The position numbers and the translations under genes are program-made. From positions 3,061 to 67,060 of the forward strand of contig JBAYJR010000007.1 of NCBI GenBank assembly GCA_041665005.1: a stretch of 64,000 bases of DNA, given 5' to 3'. Every line of letters begins with the position of its first letter. Position 1 is the first letter of the stretch. The notes beneath the pieces are model-generated. The model was not told the DNA's origin and did not search any database. It was given only the letters and a program-made list of their open reading frames with translations. The stretch is from Candidatus Buchananbacteria bacterium (GTDB lineage: Bacteria > Patescibacteriota > Patescibacteriia > 2-01-FULL-39-33 > JBAYJR01). Positions 58,054-64,000 of the stretch are shown piece by piece.

Positions 58054-58797
58054 TTAAAACAAACGATCCTTGCCGACAATAAAAGGAATTTTTTGTTTTT
58101 CAATTTTGATCGTAACGGGGGTTTTTAAAGTTTTTTGTTGATCAATTCTAATGACTGTTGATTTTTTAGCTGACAGGTTAATTTTTCTGACTAAAAATTT
58201 AGAAAGGGGGATTTGTTTGGTTCTAAAAAATGAAAGACTGGAAGGTTTTTCTTTAATTACTATTTCGAAAAAACCATCTTGGGGTTTAGCAAATTCGCCA
58301 TTAATAAAATCCAAATTGCAAATTTTTACCTCGGTTTTATTGGAAGTTAAGGTTAAAAAGTAACTTTGATCGCATTCTAAAATTAAGGGTTCGCCCGGTA
58401 AAATAATAGAAGTTAAGAAATAATAGTCGTTAACTAAACCAACGTCAATTTTTTCTATTTTTCGGCCGGCTAAAATATCACAGGCAGCTAAAGGGTCGGG
58501 TAGACCAAGAATTTTGGCCAAAGTCTGTGGTTGGCCTAAAGGGATAAAACCAAAAGTGACGTCAAGATCCGCGGCCAAATTTAAGACCTGGTTAACTGTT
58601 TGGTCGTTTCCGACAATGATTAAGTTTTTTAAACCACGCTTAAGTTCGTCCGTTAAAATACTGCGAATATTCTTTAGAAAAGACAGGCGGTTTATTTTTC
58701 CATTAATACCCAGCTGGGTTAGTCGTGCCTCAACGCGAGCTAAGTTAGTGGCGTATTTATTTTCTGACAGACAAGAATCGTACAAGTAACTGTACAT
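58054..58797 (-). CDS. Diacylglycerol kinase catalytic domain-like protein
   Basis: VGND.TV (GGDGT-like), G.IP.G, IDVG. Confidence 0.75.
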   Translation of the reverse strand: MYSYLYDSCLSENKYATNLARVEARLTQLGINGKINRLSFLKNIRSILTDELKRGLKNLIIVGNDQTVNQVLNLAADLDVTFGFIPLGQPQTLAKILGLPDPLAACDILAGRKIEKIDVGLVNDYYFLTSIILPGEPLILECDQSYFLTLTSNKTEVKICNLDFINGEFAKPQDGFFEIVIKEKPSSLSFFRTKQIPLSKFLVRKINLSAKKSTVIRIDQQKTLKTPVTIKIEKQKIPFIVGKDRLF

Positions 58798-58818
58798 AAA
58801 GTAAAAAGGATTAGCGGG

Positions 58819-59262
58819 TTATTTTTTGCTTTTGGTGGGAGTAGGAGTCTCGGCCGGTAAATCTTCTAGTTCAATTTTTTCTTGACGAATGGATTCTGGT
58901 CGGTCGCTTTTTGTTCGCTTATCGTCCATCAAACATTTGCCGTTTAAAGAAGCGCCGGCGGCCATAGAGATGATTTTAGTGCGGATATCGCCAAAGATTT
59001 TAGCGGAAGCAGTTAATTCTAATTTTTCTTTAATTTTAATATTACCTTGAACTTCACCAGAAATAATTGCGTTAGTGGCTTGGATGTTAGCAAAAATTTT
59101 GGCTTTTTCTCCGACTTTTAGGTTTTTTTCGGTGCGTAAGTTGCCGATAACCGAACCTTCAACAACAACGTCGCCCTCGGTAATTAGGTCGCCTTCAACC
59201 CTAACGGAAGGGCCAATTAAGGTGACGATGGAGTCTTTGGTGATTGGTTCATTGCTAAACAT
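58819..59262 (-). CDS. Bactofilin (polymer-forming cytoskeletal protein)
   Basis: T.IG....V.G.L...G.V...G repeats. Confidence 0.92.
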   Translation of the reverse strand: MFSNEPITKDSIVTLIGPSVRVEGDLITEGDVVVEGSVIGNLRTEKNLKVGEKAKIFANIQATNAIISGEVQGNIKIKEKLELTASAKIFGDIRTKIISMAAGASLNGKCLMDDKRTKSDRPESIRQEKIELEDLPAETPTPTKSKK

Positions 59263-59405
59263 AAGTTTTTGTCTTATAAAATTAAAATTTATAAATGGTT
59301 TGAATAATTACTATCTAAATTTTAGGTGATTAACGGCCACTTGTCAAAGGGATAAAGTTATGCTATACTCTTTAAAGTTTTTTAAGTCTTGAATAGTTTG
59401 AAATT

Positions 59406-59675
59406 ATGGCAAATATTAAAGCCGCCGCCAAAGCTTGGCGCAAAAACATTAAACAGCGGGCGCACAACAACCAAATAAAAGAACAATTAAGAAATTTGGT
59501 TAAATTGGCACGCAAAGAAGTCTTGGCCAAACAATCCGAGAAGGCCATAGCCGGGGTTAAGGTTGCTATTAAAGCCTTAGACAAAGCTAGGCAAAAAGGT
59601 ATTATCAAAAAAAATAACGCCGCTCGGCGCAAGTCTCGTTTGATGAAAAAATTGAATTCTTTAAACAAAAGCTAA
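59406..59675 (+). CDS. rpsT: 30S ribosomal protein S20
   Basis: MANIKAA.K, DKA..KGII..N.AAR.KSRL. Confidence 0.96.
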   Translation: MANIKAAAKAWRKNIKQRAHNNQIKEQLRNLVKLARKEVLAKQSEKAIAGVKVAIKALDKARQKGIIKKNNAARRKSRLMKKLNSLNKS

Positions 59676-60703
59676 GTAGTTAGCTTAGTAAAAAGCAGAT
59701 CAAGTAAAACCACCGGTTTAGCTTGACTGCTTTTTATTTTGGCCTCGGTTTCCAAAATTGCCTGGTAAATATTTTTTAATTCTAACAAGGAGAAATTTTT
59801 TAGTTGATTGTAGGCTTTTTGGACGGTAAAAGGTTTTTCTTCCAGTTCTTTGGCAATTTTTTCGGGCGAAAGATAACCGCCCTGGCGATCCAGTAAATCT
59901 TTAGTTCGGATTAACACCCGAAAGTACCAAGTTAACCTGGTTAAAATGGCTAATTCCGAATCACCGGCGGCTAATTGTTGCTGGAGGAGTTTGCTGGCCA
60001 GTTTTTTATTTTTTTGACCAACCGCATCAATTAGTTTAAAAATATCTTCGCTGGCCAAAGCTAAAACATTTTCTTTGACATCTGTGGCGGTAATTTCAGC
60101 GTCTAATTTTAGAGCAATTAGTTTGTTTAATTCTTGTTGTAATCTAAATAAATCATTGCCCACTAAAAAGACTAGGGAATTAATGGCTTCGGAACTAATT
60201 TTAGCTTGCTGGGTAGTAGTAGCGGTCCTTAACCAAAGAGTTAATTCTTGGTCAGTAAGCGGCGTAAATTCTTGCCAGTAGACCTGGGTGTCTTTATTTG
60301 GTTTGAGTCTAGTTTGACCTAAATTAAAAGCAGTCTTAGTCTTAATTGCTTGGCTTAATAATTCCGGTAATTTTTGACGGCGATCGTTAGTAGCAAATTC
60401 AGGCTCCCAAAAAACCACAATATTATCTAGCTGCCAATTTTTTTCAATCAACCAATCTTTAATTTTTTCAAGTTCTGCCTTTTTGCCATTAGTAATTAAG
60501 TTTTTAGTAATGATCAATTTTTTTTCAGCTAAAAAAGCACTGGACATTACGGCTTGTTGCCAGGCCCCCAGGGTTAGGTTTTCTCCGGTTAATTTAATTA
60601 CGTTTAAACCAGACTTATCTTTTTCTTTGATAAATTTTTGTTCTAATTCTTGCAATTTTTGTTGGCTCCGAAAGGTGTCAGGCCCAAACAGAAAAAATAA
60701 CAT
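59672..60703 (-). CDS. holA: DNA polymerase III delta subunit
   Basis: F..G.D.F, GNDL..L.QEL.KL, IF.L.DA; convergent with rpsT. Confidence 0.9.
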   Translation of the reverse strand: MLFFLFGPDTFRSQQKLQELEQKFIKEKDKSGLNVIKLTGENLTLGAWQQAVMSSAFLAEKKLIITKNLITNGKKAELEKIKDWLIEKNWQLDNIVVFWEPEFATNDRRQKLPELLSQAIKTKTAFNLGQTRLKPNKDTQVYWQEFTPLTDQELTLWLRTATTTQQAKISSEAINSLVFLVGNDLFRLQQELNKLIALKLDAEITATDVKENVLALASEDIFKLIDAVGQKNKKLASKLLQQQLAAGDSELAILTRLTWYFRVLIRTKDLLDRQGGYLSPEKIAKELEEKPFTVQKAYNQLKNFSLLELKNIYQAILETEAKIKSSQAKPVVLLDLLFTKLTT

Positions 60704-60829
60704 AGTAAAGGGTTAAGGGAAAAATTTTAGTAGTGGCTTTACCACTATTTTAGCCTAAGCAGCAACTATTGACAAGAAGTAGTAAAAGGATTAAATTAGG
60801 AAAAGAAAAATGCAATTAAGGAGGAAAAA

Positions 60830-61129
60830 ATGAGTGAAAAGGATAAGGTTGATAAGGATATAGCACAACAAGTGGTTAGCTTAGTTGAGGAAAACGCAAG
60901 GCTGGATAAGGAAAATAAAGCCTTGCAAGCCAAAGTTGTTGAATTGCGGAACCAAGTAAGATTGGCGGATGAACATGAATTGGTGTTCAAGACCGTGGAA
61001 AGATGCGTGGTCTGTAAACAGGTCATGCCCGCACTCAGCTTAAACGGCACCACTTGCAATAATGTAAAATGTCGCGAGGGATTAGCGACTTATATTGCAA
61101 CAATCAAAACTTTAATGGACAACCGATGA
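60830..61129 (+). CDS. Hypothetical coiled-coil protein with CxxC...CxxxxC motif
   Basis: SD AAGGAGG, upstream TTGACA, downstream hairpin. Confidence 0.65.
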   Translation: MSEKDKVDKDIAQQVVSLVEENARLDKENKALQAKVVELRNQVRLADEHELVFKTVERCVVCKQVMPALSLNGTTCNNVKCREGLATYIATIKTLMDNR

Positions 61130-61188
61130 CACTAAACAAGCCAGTTGAAAAGTAATCAGCTGGCCTTTTTTATTTAAAATTATCTTTA

Positions 61189-63894
61189 CTAGCTAGTTAG
61201 AGGTTTGGTTTGGCCCCAATTGTTTCCTACTTCTACTTCCACCCCAATTGGCACGCGTAATTTAAAAATTTTACTCATTGTCTCATCAACAAATTTAGCT
61301 ACTTTAGCTACTTCGGAAGTGGGAGTTTCAAAGACTAATTCATCATGAACTTGCAGTAACATTTTAGATTTTGGCGAAACTTGCGGTAGCTCTAGTTGAA
61401 TCTTAATCATCGCTAGTTTAATTAAATCAGCGGCGGTGCCTTGAATGGGTGTATTGACGGCAATGCGTTCGGCCCCGGAACGGATTTGCTGGACGCCGGA
61501 ATTAATTTCGGGAATGTAGCGGCGGCGACCAAAAATAGTTTCTACGTAACCGTTTTCTCTGGCGTATTCAATGGTTTCTTGTAGGTATTCTTGAACTCGT
61601 TGATAATTGGCAAAATAACGTTCAATAAAGTCACGGGCTTTATCCATAGAGACTCCTGTGCCCTGGGCTAAGCCATAAACACCCATACCGTAAATTACTC
61701 CAAAGTTAACGGCCTTGGCTTCACGTCGTTGGGCACTGGTTACCTCGGTTAAAGGGATATCATAAATATCGGCGGCGGTGCGGGTATGAATGTCTTCGCC
61801 GTCTTCAAAAGCTTTAATCATTTTAGGGTCATTAGCTAAAGAAGCAACTACCCGTAATTCAATTTGCGAATAGTCAGCCGAAATTATTTGATAGCCCGGT
61901 GGAGCAATAAAAGCCCGCCGAATTTTTTTGCCTAAATCGGTACGAATCGGAATATTTTGTAAATTTGGTTCCGAGGAAGATAGCCGACCCGTCGCGGTAA
62001 CGGTTTGGTTGAAACTGGTGTGTAGTCGTTTGTCTTGCGGGTCAATCAATTCTGGCAAAGCGACTAAGTAAGTACTTTGTAGTTTGGCTAATTCGCGGTA
62101 GTCTTTGATTAAAGGAATAATCGGGTGCGCCTTGGTTAATTTATCCAGTTCATCAGCGGCCGTGGAAAAACCGGTTTTGGTTTTGCCCACCCCCCAAGTG
62201 GAAATTTTTAATTTGCCAAATAAAATTTCTTTTAGCTGTTTAGGTGAGGCAATGTTAAATTCTTCTCCCGCCGACTGATAAATTTTAGCCGTTAGTTGCT
62301 CAAGTTCGGTGGCGACTTCGTTAGACATTTGATTTAAAAATTTAGTGTCAAGCAAAATTCCATTTTTTTCAATTTGGGCTAATACTTCTACTAAGGGCAA
62401 ATCAATTTTGTTAAACACGCCGAGCAAATTTTCTTGCTCTAATTTAGCCGACAAAACTTCATACAGTCGCCAAGTCCAATCCGCGTCCTCACAAGAATAA
62501 ATGGAAACTTTTTCTACTGGTACCTCGGCTAAAGTAATTTGGTTTTTACCTCTGCCGATCAAGTCTTCAATCGGTTGGGTTTGCACGCCAAATTCGGCAA
62601 AGACCGCACCATCCAAACTGTGTTGGCGGCTACCGGGGTTTAGTAAATAAGAGGCTAGCATGGTGTCAAAATATAAACCATTTACGGCTAAGCCCACGGT
62701 CATTAGGGCCTCAATATCATATTTAGCATTATGAGCAATTTTTTTAATTTTAGCCTCAGCAAAGTATGGTGCTAAAGTTTTTAACCAGTCCGGATGAGCG
62801 GCAGTATTTAGGTAATAAGCTTGGGTTTTCTGCCAGCAAAAAGAAATACCTAAAAGCTTACTTTGCCAAACATTAGTGCTAGTGGTTTCGGTGTCCCAGG
62901 CCCATTCGGTTTGTTTAGTAAATTCGGTTAGAAATTTTTTAAAGGTGGCTTCGTCGTCGATTAACAGGTAATTAATGCCAACTTGTTTTTTGGTATTTAG
63001 GGCTTGCTGGTCCGCCATTTTAGCCGGTAGCTTACTGAGCAAGCTTTTGAATTCTAGTTTTTGAAATAAATTAACCAGCTTATCGGCGTCATAAGTAGTC
63101 AGCTGGCAATCGGTCAGTTTAAAGTCAATTGGTGTGTCAGTTTTAATAGTGACTAATTCTTTACTTAGTTTAGCTTCGGCTGTTTGGGTAGCTAATTTTT
63201 CTTTCACTGCCGGCTTTATGTTGGGGTCGGTTAAATGTTTATAAAGGTTGTCTAAGGTTTTATATTTAATAATTAATTCCTGCGCAGTTTTTTCGCCAAT
63301 ACCTTTAACCCCGGGAATATTATCAGAAGGATCGCCACGTAGCGCTTTATAATCAATCATTTGGTTCGGGTTTAAACCATAACGCTCTTTAACGGCCGCC
63401 GCGTCATAGGTGATAGTGTCAGAAATTCCTTTGTGTAAAGATAAAACTTTAACTTGATCGGTGATTAATTGTAAGGTGTCTAAATCGCCAGTAGCAATGA
63501 TAACGTCCAAGTTTTTTTGGTTGGCTACTTTAGTAGCAATAGTGCCAATTAGGTCGTCCGCTTCAAAACCAGCCAGTTCATAAATTGGTAAATTAAAAGC
63601 AGCAATAATTTCTTTGATAAGGGGAATTTGGGCGTAGAGTTCGTCTGGTCTTTTTTCACGTTGTGCTTTGTATTCCACAAAGGCTTCGTGCCGAAAAGTT
63701 TTTTCTTTACGATCAAAGGTAACGGCCACATAATCCGGTTTAAGATCTTTGATTAATTTTAAAAAGATCATGGCAAAACCATAAACCGCGTTAACTAGCG
63801 TTCCGTCTTTGGTTTGCAGTGGTGGTAAGGCATGGTAAGCTCGGTGCAAGATAGCGTTACCATCAATAATTACTAATTTTTCTTTTTTGGACAT
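61189..63894 (-). CDS. polA: DNA polymerase I
   Basis: 5'-3' exo (EADD, GD.SDNIPGV), ExoI DTET, DYSQIELR, K..NFG..YG, QVHDE. Confidence 0.99.
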   Translation of the reverse strand: MSKKEKLVIIDGNAILHRAYHALPPLQTKDGTLVNAVYGFAMIFLKLIKDLKPDYVAVTFDRKEKTFRHEAFVEYKAQREKRPDELYAQIPLIKEIIAAFNLPIYELAGFEADDLIGTIATKVANQKNLDVIIATGDLDTLQLITDQVKVLSLHKGISDTITYDAAAVKERYGLNPNQMIDYKALRGDPSDNIPGVKGIGEKTAQELIIKYKTLDNLYKHLTDPNIKPAVKEKLATQTAEAKLSKELVTIKTDTPIDFKLTDCQLTTYDADKLVNLFQKLEFKSLLSKLPAKMADQQALNTKKQVGINYLLIDDEATFKKFLTEFTKQTEWAWDTETTSTNVWQSKLLGISFCWQKTQAYYLNTAAHPDWLKTLAPYFAEAKIKKIAHNAKYDIEALMTVGLAVNGLYFDTMLASYLLNPGSRQHSLDGAVFAEFGVQTQPIEDLIGRGKNQITLAEVPVEKVSIYSCEDADWTWRLYEVLSAKLEQENLLGVFNKIDLPLVEVLAQIEKNGILLDTKFLNQMSNEVATELEQLTAKIYQSAGEEFNIASPKQLKEILFGKLKISTWGVGKTKTGFSTAADELDKLTKAHPIIPLIKDYRELAKLQSTYLVALPELIDPQDKRLHTSFNQTVTATGRLSSSEPNLQNIPIRTDLGKKIRRAFIAPPGYQIISADYSQIELRVVASLANDPKMIKAFEDGEDIHTRTAADIYDIPLTEVTSAQRREAKAVNFGVIYGMGVYGLAQGTGVSMDKARDFIERYFANYQRVQEYLQETIEYARENGYVETIFGRRRYIPEINSGVQQIRSGAERIAVNTPIQGTAADLIKLAMIKIQLELPQVSPKSKMLLQVHDELVFETPTSEVAKVAKFVDETMSKIFKLRVPIGVEVEVGNNWGQTKPLTS

Positions 63895-63920
63895 AGTTTA
63901 GAGTTATTCTACCTTATTTT

Positions 63921-64000
63921 TTAGCTTTTAGCATCCTCATCAGCCGGCTTACTAATATTCCATAAAAGATTAAACATGGTTAGCATCATTTGTTTGTATT
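63921..64000 (-). CDS. 3' end of a gene, possibly a second TrmB-family regulator
   Basis: ...YKQMMLTMFNLLWNISKPADEDAKS*; F..LW resembles the end of the 7294 protein. Confidence 0.45.
   Translation of the reverse strand, partial: YKQMMLTMFNLLWNISKPADEDAKS

Noticed and set aside
59372-59668. 98-aa ORF antisense to rpsT, and similar short antisense or nested ORFs in gyrA, dnaN, rny, HU, holA and polA
   Set aside because: Shadows of well-supported genes
1-64000. Alternative genetic code (TGA=Gly, code 25)
   Set aside because: Conserved genes are full length under code 11 and clpP ends at TGA at the expected position

Overview
This is a 64 kb, AT-rich chromosomal segment spanning the replication origin (yidC-yidD-rnpA-rpmH / dnaA-dnaN). 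Gene content and style suggest a Patescibacteria/CPR (Parcubacteria-like) genome using code 11, since TGA serves as a stop; the taxonomy is inference. Housekeeping genes include rnhB, trxA, gyrA, ruvB, ruvC, queA, clpP, rpmF, nusB, rnc, pilT, HU, rny, rpsT, holA and polA, plus eight tRNA genes. Three regions stand out. (1) An accessory island at about 3.7-8.9 kb holds Shine-Dalgarno (SD)-led orphan genes with boxA-like motifs, a divergent TrmB-family regulator with paired operators, and two flanking promoter-to-terminator non-coding RNA candidates carrying several anti-SD (CCUCC/CCCCCU) motifs. (2) A surface locus at about 21.7-38.3 kb has six tandem VirB2/TrbC-like pilin paralogs, one with an EGF-like tail, embedded among a Wzx flippase, an O-antigen ligase, four GT-C-type glycosyltransferases, two GT2 enzymes and PGI/PMI. 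(3) Several small signals are missed by the ORF track: a probable 6S RNA before rny, an 8-Cys metallothionein-like microprotein behind a tiny terminated RNA, an in-frame triple-hairpin insertion in rnhB, three CsoR-type operators, and a 14-bp extension of the tRNA-Ser acceptor stem. All calls were made by eye; no searches or folding programs were run.
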